Shown in pieces: positions 1 through 34,585 of a stretch of DNA of 64,000 nt. This stretch comes from Salpingoeca rosetta (Eukaryota; Protista; Choanoflagellata). Position 1 is the first letter of the stretch, and every line of letters begins with the position of its first letter. The notes under the pieces were generated by a model. The model saw only the letters and a program-made list of their open reading frames with translations. It was not told where the DNA came from and did not search any database. The position numbers and the translations under genes are program-made. The DNA lies in assembly GCA_033442325.1 (NCBI GenBank), contig JAWQFM010000002.1:105947-169946 (forward strand). The letters are read 5' to 3'.

Positions 1-2704
1 GGTTGGTGGTGTGAGCAATCCAGGCCGAGTGGGGGAGGGAGGAAGAAGCCCGACCAACGCATGCACGTACACATGTGCGCGCGCGCGTGTGTGGTTGCAT
101 CAATATGCATACTCGTGTGTCTTTGTGTGCATGTGCGTTTACCTGTCCAAAGCTTCATTGGCTTGATGATGGTTGGTGGAGGAAGATGCACGAGCAGCTC
201 CCCATCGCCCATGTAGCATGCAAGCTGAGAGCACACGGTCATGGCGGACACACGGTCAGGTGATGAGGTGACACATTCAGGACTGTGGTTGAATGCACAT
301 CCTCTCATGTAAATCTCGCACGAACGAAGATACACACACATTACTACACGAGCGTGTCCCCATGTGTCGTCGTCATCATCATCACCACCACCACCACCAC
401 CACCACGACAGCGCTCCCTGCGGACCTGTGCAATGTCCTGGCGCGAGAGGAACACGTCCTTGGTGGTGAGGAGATACGCGCCCGTGATGAAATCCTGCGT
501 CGCAGCAATCAGCGGCTTGCCATTGCACGGCGTGCACAGGTTGTTCGTGGTCTGACGAAGCAGCAACAGATGTGATGGGATGGATGCGTGGTGAGGTGAC
601 CGCACAGTGCCGTGAAAGAGACGTGAGAGTGGGGATTGAAAGGCGGGTGAACGGAAAGAATTGTCCACAAATGTCCAGAGACCCAAACACTCACAAAACA
701 AGATACGAAAGCAACTGTCAACAACAACAAGCACACACACCACCACCACCACCACTTCCACCACGTGTGTGTGTGTGTGTGTGTGTGCTTGTGTGTGTGT
801 GTGTGCTTGTGTGTATGTGCAGTGCGCCGACTCACGAGCATGAGCTCTGCGGCCTCGGCCCGCGCCTCCTCCGTCTGCGGGACGTGAAGATTCATCTCAT
901 CGCCGTCGAAATCGGCGTTGTACGGCTTGCACACGCACTCGTTGAAGCGGAACGTGCGCCACGGTCGCGGCTTTGCCTGCAGGGGCAGACGAGTGGATGT
1001 GTGCAGAGGGATGTGGACACGAGAGAGTGTGTATGCGGATGAGTATGTGTGTGTGTGTTGTGTGGAGGTGCAGAGGTGATTGAGGCGTTTCATTGAGTCT
1101 TGAACACCACCATCCAACATGACCACCACCCAATACCACCACCATCAAGACGAGCAACACCACCGCCAACATTCAACAGCAGCATGCACGCACCTTGTGG
1201 CACATGATGCTCATGCGATGGAGAGATGGCTGGCGGTTGAAGAGGACGTAATCCCCCTCAAGAAGATGGCGCAGGACTTTATCGCCGATGCTCAGATTGC
1301 GCGCAAGCTGAAAAGACAATGCACGGCATGCACAAGTTGGTGGGAGTGAGTTGGCGAGTGGTAGTAGGTGAGTGAGTGGTGGTGAGTGGTGGTGAATGGG
1401 TGGTGAATGGGTGGTCGATGAGAGAGTGAGTGGTTGTGATTTCTCATTGTGCATGTTCACGATGCAAGCTGCACGTACATGACCGGGCCCTCTCTCATTC
1501 ATTGAACATCATCTCCCCCCCCCCCTCTCTTACATTGCGGCGGTTGGCAAACGCCAGGCTCTTCTTGTCGCCGTTACGGAGCTCAACCGTCGTCGCACCA
1601 GGATACACTGCCAATGTGGTGACATGTGTGCAGGATGGTGTGGTGATATCGTGTGTGGGAGGATGCGTGGAATTATGTGGTGAGCACTGTCATCGTGGTG
1701 AGGGTGTGGAAAAGAGGAAGAGAACGGTACAGTCATTGCACGTTGGTGCGCAAGCCATACACTGCCATGTTCACGTGTGGCGCACCTTTTGGGCCGTTCA
1801 GCACCATCTTGCGCAGCTTCTCAAGGTTGTGCTTTGTCACCTGTCAGTTGTGAAAGGGGGATAAGAGGGGAGAGGGGTAAGAACACGCGTGTAATCGAGT
1901 GTGCATGTGCATATGTGTGTGTGAGTGCAATGTGAGAGTGTGAGAGGGCGTGTGTTGTGGATGTGGGCATGTGTGAGAGCACAGTCAATGTTCTTTTCAT
2001 GTGCTTGTTGATGTGCACCATCACAACGCACATGAAAGGCTGCACAACACGTCAAGCAACAACGACGAAACCATCAACCAACTATCCAACAAACTATCCA
2101 ACAAACTATCCAACCAACTATCCGAGCAAGCACCAGCTGACCTGCTCCGGGTAGGTGAGGATGCGGCAGACGTGATACGGAACGCAGACTTCGTCAACGC
2201 CGACGTTCGGGTCTGGCGAGATGACGGTGCGACCGGAAAAGTTGACGCGCTTGCCGGAGAGATTGCCACGGAAGCGGCCCTGCTTGCCCTTGAGCCGCTG
2301 GAAAAAACCGCGAATGGGCTTCTTCTGCGTCTGCATGAGGTTGGTGAGCTGGCCGTTGTACAGGATGGCCGAGGAGATTTGCAGCTGCTCCCACGTCTCC
2401 ATCACCTTCTCCAACTTCTGCCCGCCTGCATCGCCCATCAGCTGTCGCACAGGAGAGAAAAGTGAGGGGAGGAGGGTGAGGGTTGTGAGCGAGGGGTGGG
2501 ACTGGTCTGCCGCACGAAGCATCGTACACTTAATTGCACCAGCAGCAATAACAGCAGCAGCAGCAATAACAGCAGCAGCGGTGGCGCGAGCACACACCTT
2601 CTGCGCTCCATGAAGAATGCCACGTCAGCTAGCCATTGCCACCACATGCAAACAGTGTATGCACACAATCAGCACGCGCACAATCACGCACACACACACA
2701 CAAT

Positions 2705-2736
<32 letters not shown>

Positions 2737-4233
2737 TTGTGGTTGTGAGGGAATGAAGGAAAGGCGGGCGGACGGCAGTGGTGTGAGGTGTGTGAGGTGT
2801 GTGTGCATAAGGAGTGAGGCGAAAGGAGAGCAAACCTTTGCTGGGTCGGTCAGGAACCGTCGAATGTTATCTCTGCAGCAGCGGAGGCACGGATGCCAGC
2901 GTGAGTGGTGATGTGTGCTCAGATGTTGGCAGATGACAGCAAGCAAAAATGACAACTCGCACGCTGTACCTAGCAGCTGTGGACAACACAGCACCGCCAT
3001 CAGCAGTGCAGAGCAGGAAACACCCAACGCCAACACACACAAACACACACACCCAACACAAGCAAAAACACACCCAACACAAGCAAAAACCCAAACACAC
3101 ACAAGCATGTGAGGCGTAGGCACGAAGCATAGCGAGTTCTGTGCCTATCTAGACCTGTGAGGCTGACGGAGATTGGGTCTTCGCTGGAGGACGTGGCCGA
3201 TGCATCGCGCATAACCGACGGGCGAATGCATCCGGGCGGGCAGATGATGCTCGTCAGCAGCAGCGACTCCGGCCGCGCGCCAAGGTCCAATATGAGGCAG
3301 TCGCTGTCGGGGATGTTGCGAAAGAGCTCGAGCACGCGGAGGGGGTTGAGGACATCCTGTGCGCGATCCTGGCGCAGCAGCGAACGCAGACCGTCCACCT
3401 CCTCAGCCGCGGCGGCCAGCTCATCGTGCAGCCGTGTCTGGTGGTGGTGGTGGTGGTGGTGATGATGATGATGGTGAGTGATGGTGATGATGGTGATGAT
3501 GGTGGTGGGTGGTGGGTGGTGATAAGCATGTGGAAGTGGGGCAGAGCACTGTGTAGCACACACGCACGACAAGCACGAGCCGCATGTACAGCAGCACCAT
3601 GCAAAAATAACGACAAACAACAATAACCGCAAATCAATATGGTGGACGTACGCGTTCTGCCTCGTGCTTCTTGACATAGAGCTCGTGCACAATCTTCATG
3701 GGCGGGACCTTCTTGACAGTCGCGTTTTGTGCGCCGCAGTGGGGGCAGCGCAGCGTCTTCTTGCACAGGTCGCCCGCCTACGATGATGATGATGGTGGTG
3801 GTGGTGATGACGATGATGGTGGTGGTGGATATGGTTTGAATGAATTGGGATGCCACATAGAGGAGGGGGGAGGTCAGTGGAGAGGAGAAAGGGAGAGCAG
3901 TGCAAAAAGAGTGCAAAGGTGCACGCTTTCATACATTCTCAGACTGCGCGTGTAAGCTGCAGTGTACCTCTTTGATGATGGCCTGGCGCTGGTTTGACTC
4001 GAGGTGAGGGGCAAGCAAGCGGTCCGTGTAGGTGAAGAGCAGGTCATCCGTCATCAGCACGCGGCTGCACGTCTGCGTCGCAATGCAAGTGGCGCAGGAA
4101 GGAGGGCGGATGTGGCAGATGATGACGGCGAGAGTGATGAGAATGCGGCAATTGCGATTGTCGTAAATGCGCAAGCACAGGTGCAAACTTACGCACACAC
4201 ACACATACACTCACACACACATACACATACACT

Positions 4234-4267
<34 letters not shown>

Positions 4268-4618
4268 AGCACGAGCAAGCACGCTCCCACGCGTACAACG
4301 TGGCACACCTTGCAAATGCGCTGCAAGACGTTGACGGTGGCCTTGAAGTAGCCAATGTGGAAGACTGGCAGCTCCAGCTCAATGTGGCCAAAGTGGCCCA
4401 CACACTCCCTCATGTCCAGCGCACACGTGGAGCATGGCGTGGCTTTGTCAAATGCACCCTGCGAAGCAAGCAAGCAGCACTCACACGAGTGAGCACACTC
4501 ACAATGGTGTTCACACACAAACAGCTGCTGCTGCTGCCGCTGCTGCTACTGCTGCTGCTGCGACTGTACACTCACACTCACACAGTGAGCCCAACAGCTG
4601 ACTCAACCACGCACGCGC

Positions 4619-4652
<34 letters not shown>

Positions 4653-4847
4653 GCATGAGCAAGCACGATTCTTTACCATGCGCCTGTCCAGAGGGCCAAA
4701 GTCGACGGCTTTCCTGTTGCTAGCAGCGTACATTTCGGGAGCGTACACATTCACCTCGCTCAAGCGCTGCATCTGCTGCGAGCTCATTGTGCCGAACTGG
4801 ATGTGCGACACCGTTCGTCGCCCCATCACATGGTGCTGTTCCTTCAT
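1..4847 (-). CDS. POLR3A: DNA-directed RNA polymerase III largest subunit RPC1 (5' part, multi-exon, continues beyond position 1)
   Basis: Exons encode [107 protein letters not shown] and catalytic [25 protein letters not shown] (~850-990). The N-terminus and [18 protein letters not shown] match RPC1 rather than RPB1/RPA1. Confidence 0.95.
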
Positions 4848-5117
4848 CCTTGCAGCAGGTGTACACTCTGCTTAGCAGGCAAACAAGGCTGCTGAGTTGG
4901 GAAGTCGAGTGATGGAGTGTGAGAGGAGTGTGTGTGTGTGTGTTGTGTGTGTGTGTGTGTGTGTTGTGTGTGTGTGTGTGTGAGTGAGTGTGTGAGAGAG
5001 AGCAACACACAGAGCAGTGCGCTTTCCTCTCCACGCGTTCTTGTGTTGTGTAATTGGGCACTCGCAGTTGTGACGATTAGTGAATGTTTCCCATTATTTT
5101 CGGCAGTCAGGCGGAAG

Positions 5118-16579
<11,462 letters not shown>

Positions 16580-17212
16580 NNNNNNNNNNNNNNNNNNNNN
16601 NNNNNNNNNNNNNNNNNNNNNNNNNNNNNNNNNNNNNNNNNNNNNNNNNNNNNNNNNNNNNNNNNNNNNNNNNNNNNNNNNNNNNNNNNNNNNNNNNNNN
16701 NNNNNNNNNNNNNNNNNNNNNNNNNNNNNNNNNNNNNNNNNNNNNNNNNNNNNNNNNNNNNNNNNNNNNNNNNNNNNNNNNNNNNNNNNNNNNNNNNNNN
16801 NNNNNNNNNNNNNNNNNNNNNNNNNNNNNNNNNNNNNNNNNNNNNNNNNNNNNNNNNNNNNNNNNNNNNNNNNNNNNNNNNNNNNNNNNNNNNNNNNNNN
16901 NNNNNNNNNNNNNNNNNNNNNNNNNNNNNNNNNNNNNNNNNNNNNNNNNNNNNNNNNNNNNNNNNNNNNNNNNNNNNNNNNNNNNNNNNNNNNNNNNNNN
17001 NNNNNNNNNNNNNNNNNNNNNNNNNNNNNNNNNNNNNNNNNNNNNNNNNNNNNNNNNNNNNNNNNNNNNNNNNNNNNNNNNNNNNNNNNNNNNNNNNNNN
17101 NNNNNNNNNNNNNNNNNNNNNNNNNNNNNNNNNNNNNNNNNNNNNNNNNNNNNNNNNNNNNNNNNNNNNNNNNNNNNNNNNNNNNNNNNNNNNNNNNNNN
17201 NNNNNNNNNNNN
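16580..17212. other. Assembly gap (~630 N)
   Basis: Run of n. Confidence 1.
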
Positions 17213-17380
17213 AAAATGACCCCCTTCACAACCCGCTATCCGTGGAGGTGCTCCCCCTGGTCCGCTTGACGATTACTCCCAAACCAGTCTCAGACACTGA
17301 AGTGTGAGGTGGAGATCGACCCACCGCCCAAAGAAATGGGGACGGAAGTGTGGCTGATTCCTTTGTTGCAGGCGCTTAGC

Positions 17381-17747
17381 TTAGAAACCGTGGACCTTGA
17401 CCTGTTGCGTTGAAAGGGGGTGGTGTTGAGAGCGGGGACAAGATATGTGATGCAAAGCAGCACGTGAGTTGAGCAGAGATGCAAGCGCGTATGGGGTGTT
17501 TGCGGCAAGGTGCGACTGACAGTGGGTCAAGGCAAATTGAACAAACAAGAAGAAGCAAGGAACAAAAAAGGAGCAAGCAGCAACAAAGGAGCAAGCAGCA
17601 ACAAAGGAGCAAGCAGCAACAAAGGAGCAAGGAACAAGGAACAAAGTGCGAGTGGGCAGCGACGAACCTGATCTTGGCCAGCAATACCGACACCAACCAA
17701 AAAGTCCTTGACGTTCTTTCTTTGGTCACCCTGATTGAAGAAGAAGA

Positions 17748-17841
<94 letters not shown>

Positions 17842-18025
17842 TGTGAGTTGGGATGCGCAGTAGTTGGTCACATCGCGCGAGTTGTTCACAACAACGATTG
17901 ATCACACCAACTGCTGATTCTTTGCTGTCGACGGACACCAGCACTTAACACATGTACGTGCACACACGCACAGCTACGTATGCACACACGCACGCACCGT
18001 GTGCTTGGAGGTTCTGGATCGACAT
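17381..18025 (-). CDS. EIF1: Translation initiation factor eIF1/SUI1; only first and last two exons present (18025-17998, 17730-17668, 17401-17381)
   Basis: Exon 1 = MSIQNLQAH followed by a GT donor; exon GDQRKNVKDFLVGVGIAGQDQ flanked by cag/gt; last exon VKVHGF*. These match the eIF1 N-terminus (MSIQNL..DPFAD) and C-terminus (QGDQRKN..FL..G......KVHGF*). The central RNGRK/FACNG region is not found. Confidence 0.88.
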
Positions 18026-18354
18026 GGCTGCTTGGTGTGTTCGTTCGAGATGTGCTGTTGTGCTGTGTGTCTTGTGTGTGTGAATGGCGTCTGCCCTTGT
18101 GGTCTCTTCTGTCGTGGCGCGTGTGTGCTTTTCTGGTTATGGCGTAGACTGAATTCAGTTTTACATTGTCGTTTATGTAATTTTATGCTGTCGCAGCAAC
18201 AAACTCAATAAGCGCAATGGACACAGAAAGCTCCAACAAAGCTCCAACGCTCTCCCCACCCCCCCCCCCCCTCCGCGCCTGCGCTTACCCCTACCCCACA
18301 CAACCATACAACAGAACACTCCTCAACAACACACATCACAATTTGAGCACACAT

Positions 18355-20013
18355 TCACTTCTTCTTGAAGAAGGAGCTGAAGACGGAGCTGTCCTTTGCC
18401 TTTTTGCGCATGACACCACGGGACGCTGTGGTGTAAGTCGAAGGCGCCGAGGCGCGCTGGTTGCAGTGCATCTGCATCATGGCCGTGGCCTTGTACCTGC
18501 CAGCGCCATTGTAGGCCGCGGGCGTGCTGAAGTTGCCCTGGCACTCGTCCATGTCCGTGAGCAGCTGCTGGATGTAATCGTCCGCGGCCGCCTCCGTGCG
18601 CATGGCTGCGCTGGTCGTGGTCAGGTTTGCCTGTGCCGACGCAAAGTCGCCGCGACGCGCTGCCTGCAGCGCTTCCCGCATGGCGTTGGCGGCCTCCACG
18701 CGCCGCACCTGCCGACGCACGTTCTTGTCGGGCTGAGCCTTGGGCGGCGCCTGTGCCGGCCGCGTCAGCGTCAGCGAAGCCGTCTCCTTCTCAAACGCTG
18801 CGCTGATTACGTTCACATACTCCAGCACGGCCGCAGCATACGTCACGTGCGGCACGCCCACATCCTCTGGGCGCGGCTTCTTCACATCATCATCACACTT
18901 GGCCGCTGTCTCTGTGTCCTTCTCCTCCTGCTGCTCTTCCTCCTTCTCTGCGTCTTTCTCTGATGCTGGCTTGACGTCATCGCCATCGCCCTCGTCGTCC
19001 TCATCCTCGTCGTCGTCGTTGTTGTGAACAGCAGCGGCGGTGGTGGTGGTGGTGGTGGTGGTGCGGTCGTTCTTGTCTGGCTGCGGCAACTCGAGTGGCG
19101 GGATGTCCAGCTCCACCAGGAGGTCCCGCTGCTCCTCGGCCTGGATGTCGCCCAGCTGGATCTCCGCCCGCGTGCGATCCGAGGACACCGTGTGCTGGCG
19201 CTGCGTGTGCAGGGTGGTGATCTTGGCGCCGTTCTGCGTGGTGATGGTGACCTTGACGTTCTGGCCGACGACGGAGAGCAGGCCGCCCAGGCAGTCGCCA
19301 AAGGACTCCGGGATGGTGTCGTTGTTCTCAATGTAGTAGTACATGCCGTTGCCCACCTCGGACAGGTCCTTGAGCAGCTCCTCCTCGTGGTTGCTGCCGT
19401 AGCCAAAGGTGTAGAGGGAGTAGCTTGGGTTGTCGCCCATGAGCTGGCGCGTGGCGGTGATGAGGTTGGGCCCGCGCACGCCCTCGTTGGCGATGCCGTC
19501 TGTCATGAGCAGCACAGAGGACACGCTGGCTGCAGACCGCTCGCGGCCCTGCATCATCTCAATCCCCTTGAAGAGCCCGCCGCTGAGGTTGGTGCAGCGC
19601 TGCGCGCGCAGCGTGGACAGGGCGGCCGTCGCCGTGCGCTTGCCCTCAGCGTCCATGCGTGTGAGCGGGAAGGCAACGCTCACGTCGGAGTGGTACACGA
19701 CGAGGCCCATGTGGTCCGTTTGCGACAGGTTCTTGATGAGAAACTCCAGCGTGGCCTTGGCAAGGTCCAGCTTGGAGCCGGACATGGATCCGCTCACGTC
19801 AATCACGGCCACAATGTCCACCGCCCCGCGCGCGGCTTCCTCGCCCTGGTACTCTGGCGCCTGCACATGGAACACGCTGTTGATCTTGTGCCGCTGTCCA
19901 CGCGAGTAAGCCACAAACTCGCTTGTGCTCTCAAACGTCAGCCGCGCCGCGACAGAGCTGTTGGGAGCTTGTGCAGTGGCTGGCTGCTGCCCTTGCTGAT
20001 CCTGGTCTGCCAT
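18355..20013 (-). CDS. von Willebrand factor A domain protein (552 aa, single exon) with acidic linker and helical C-terminal region
   Basis: Uninterrupted ORF from MADQDQQ. MIDAS motif DIVAVIDVSGSMSGSKL, TNLSGGL..G, SVLLMTDGIANEG, TFGYGSNH, GMYYYIE, FGDCLGGLLSVV; resembles the plant/protist vWA (WAV3-like/Vwaint-type) subfamily, with no RING or Hint domain seen. Confidence 0.9.
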   Translation of the reverse strand: MADQDQQGQQPATAQAPNSSVAARLTFESTSEFVAYSRGQRHKINSVFHVQAPEYQGEEAARGAVDIVAVIDVSGSMSGSKLDLAKATLEFLIKNLSQTDHMGLVVYHSDVSVAFPLTRMDAEGKRTATAALSTLRAQRCTNLSGGLFKGIEMMQGRERSAASVSSVLLMTDGIANEGVRGPNLITATRQLMGDNPSYSLYTFGYGSNHEEELLKDLSEVGNGMYYYIENNDTIPESFGDCLGGLLSVVGQNVKVTITTQNGAKITTLHTQRQHTVSSDRTRAEIQLGDIQAEEQRDLLVELDIPPLELPQPDKNDRTTTTTTTTAAAVHNNDDDEDEDDEGDGDDVKPASEKDAEKEEEQQEEKDTETAAKCDDDVKKPRPEDVGVPHVTYAAAVLEYVNVISAAFEKETASLTLTRPAQAPPKAQPDKNVRRQVRRVEAANAMREALQAARRGDFASAQANLTTTSAAMRTEAAADDYIQQLLTDMDECQGNFSTPAAYNGAGRYKATAMMQMHCNQRASAPSTYTTASRGVMRKKAKDSSVFSSFFKKK

Positions 20014-20592
20014 CTTGCTCTTGTCTTGTCTTGGTTGTTCCTTGTCGGTGGTGTTGTTCCTTGTTGTTCTTCTTCTTGCTTGTCTTGTTCTCTTGTTGTT
20101 GTTCTTCTTCTTGCCCGTCTTGTTCCTTCGTGGTTTTGCTTGGTTGCTCGTCTTGGTCGATGTGAAAATGAACACGGCACTGGGTGCGATCGCACTTCTG
20201 CCTGTCACCCCTTGCTGACAGCTAAGGCAGGCATTCTGCTGACTGCTGATTCCTGCCGACACCGCACGCTCGCACTGGTTTTGGGTGCAAACCAGTCGTG
20301 CAGGCGGTCCTTCTTGCTTCTTGCTTCTTGCTTCTTTGCCTTGTTGTTTGTTCTGTGCCAAAAATACATGCAAGCGAACGATGAGTCACCCACCAAGTGG
20401 GCGTGGTTTCTGCACAGTCAGCAAACCACCAAACCAAAAAATTACGACTGAATTCAGTGGGATCATCACACACAAACAAAACACACACAAACAACACGCA
20501 GCACAACAAGCAAGAAGCAAGCAAAAAGAAGACACAGCAAAGGAGTAAGTGATTTGATGTGAAGACGACTGACTGGCTGGCTGGTCCTGACG

Positions 20593-31653
<11,061 letters not shown>

Positions 31654-31970
31654 AGGCTCGTCGAGTCAGTGATGTGACTGACACGTATGACATGACTGAT
31701 GCAGCATTGATGAGATGTCATGTGATGTGCTCGTTGGTGCGCTCTGCACCTTGTCTTTTGTCTCCGTGCCGTTGTGTCTGTGCTTGCTCCCTTTTTTCCC
31801 TTACTTGTGGATGTTGAGTTTGCTTCTTCTCTCCTGTAACTGATGAATCTGTGACAGCCTCCCGTGAACTTTGCTTCCCACACGTTTTGAATTGAGCCAA
31901 GGGACACATTTCCAATTTCTCTCTCTCTCTCTCTCTCGACACAAAAGAAGAATATGACAAGAGAGTGTAC

Positions 31971-32031
<61 letters not shown>

Positions 32032-32131
32032 GGGAAACACAGACATGACATAGACACGACACAGACAAGACACGACAACACAAAACGTGCGCGCCATGCG
32101 AAGGCAACAGCAAGTGCGGTGGTGCACGTAC

Positions 32132-32309
32132 GGTTTGCTTGTCCAATGTCGCGTTTCCTCTTCTCCTTTGCCTTGAAGGTCTTGCTTGAGTCTTCCTTGG
32201 CGCTGTCCGCTGACTGCGCACGCGGCGGTGCCGGTCGCGACGGCGCGGGCTTGTCCGTGTCAGATTTGTACATCTGTGATTGTGTGTGTGGGGGGGAGGA
32301 GGGACGAGC

Positions 32310-32340
<31 letters not shown>

Positions 32341-33567
32341 GCAGACAGGCAGACAGACAGACAGAGCGCACGAGAGAAGGAGGGAGCAGAGAAGTGGAAA
32401 TGAGTCCCTGCCAATGTTGCTAAAAACGCTCGTGACACCAGCGATGGGGTTTCTGTAAAGCCATCACACACACAACACACACACACACAGACGCACACAT
32501 TGACGCACAGAGCTGAAAGCGTGGGCTGCAGCCATGACTTCCAGTGCCACGCCGTCTGCCTTTGCCTGCTGCTCGGCCCGCTTCCGCTGTTGGTGATGCA
32601 GCACACCAGAAGCACGCGTCTCGTGAATAAACAGAACCACACCCCTCGTTAGCCAAAGACCACTGCCTGATAGCACGCCCACCACACACCACACTACAGC
32701 AAGCACAGCAAGCACAGCAAGCACAGCGGCAAGCCTAGCAAACAAGTTCATCAAACAACAACAACCACCACCACCACCAGCAGCAGCAGCAACCACCACC
32801 AGCAACATGCAGTATGATGCAGAGAGGTTGCTCCATGTTACCTCTTGCTTTGCCTTTTGTTCAGCAGACTTCTCCTGCCCAGGCAGCTTCACCCACGGTG
32901 TGGGCGCCACCTCGGGCTCCCTTGCGTCAAACGTCTTGACATCCTTTGCGGTGAGCTGGTTCTCCAGGAAGGTTGGCTTGGCCAGCTTCTTGTCGGAGAG
33001 CAAGTCATCCAGCGAAGGCAGCGCCTCTGCTTTGCTCTTCTTCGCTGCCAGTTCGCCACCATCGTCTCCTTCATCGCTCCCATCGTCTCCCTTCTTGGTG
33101 CGTTTGCGATCACCGTCCTCGTCATCGGTATCCGAATCGTCAGAGTCTAAAGGGCAGAGGCCGGGAGGAATGAGAAGGAGGATGGAGTTGGGTTGAGTGT
33201 GAGATGAGCAGGCAGTCCGAGGTTGAGCGTGATTGAGGAGAATTCTTTGTGTTGAACCGCGCCCGTGACCTATCTGACCGTTGGGGAGCGGCAGCCCACG
33301 TAAACACGCAGCAACACACACACACGCACACGCTACCAAACGTGCATGCACACGCGCGCACACACGCACACACGCACACACACGCATGCGCACACGACAC
33401 GCGTGTACACCTGTGAGATCGATGTCGTCTGCGCTCGCAAAGAAGGAGAACGCCTTCTTGGGCTTGCGATCTTCTTCTTCTTCTTCTGTTTCTTCTTGTT
33501 CTTGTTTGCTGCGCTGGTGCGCGTTATCCTCGACACGACGCGTTGCTGTTGGCGGAGAAGTGGGCAT
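32132..33567 (-). CDS. C1orf52/UPF0690 (DUF4660)-like protein, multi-exon; last exon unresolved
   Basis: Exons 33567-33411, 33146-32842, ~32620-32512, ~32273-32132 give AFSFFAS..DSDDSD..LPSLDDLL..KPTFL..AFSSMYKSD..KEKRKRDIGQ, paralleling recalled C1orf52 blocks (LSYFAA..SSDEED..LPGPDELF..RPAFL..WSNIYED). Confidence 0.6.
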
Positions 33568-33638
33568 GGCGCCGTTGCTGCTTGCTTTGCTGGCTGCTTG
33601 CTTTGCTGGCTGCTTGCTGTGCTGGTGGTGTGCCCTGC

Positions 33639-34177
<539 letters not shown>

Positions 34178-34585
34178 TGGGTCGTGAAGATTAATTGATG
34201 ACTTGCACCAATCTTCCCAACGTGTATTCTGCTGACTCAGAAGCAACAACGTCACACCGCATCATTCGTGTTTGGCGGGAACGCCCTGACGCCCGCTTGC
34301 CTCAGGACTGCAAATTTTTGGAGGACGCATGTGTGTGCGTGTTGTGTGCACGTTTGCCTTTTTGTTTGCCTTGAGTGTGTGTGTTTGTGTGTGCGGTGAC
34401 AGGTGGAAAACAAAACACACGCACCCTTCCTGAGCCCCGCCACCACCTTCCTCATTGATTGTTGCGCACACTCCACTCTCTCGACTACCAATCAACGACC
34501 AACCAATACCAACACCCCACCACTGCCCGTTGGTTCCCTTCCCTTCCACCACACCGGCTGCTTATCAACACCACCAACTGAGAGG

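Noticed and set aside
17213-17380. Possible last TAF2 exon after the gap (NDPLHNPLSVEV...)
   Set aside because: No supporting similarity; more simply the 3' UTR of minus-strand eIF1.
20014-20373. 120-aa N-terminal extension of the vWA ORF in the ORF track
   Set aside because: A-rich low-complexity UTR-like sequence; the ATG at 20013 (aagATGG) fits better.
19024-20451. 475-aa + strand ORF opposite the vWA gene
   Set aside because: Antisense shadow of a GC3-rich CDS; no recognisable motifs.
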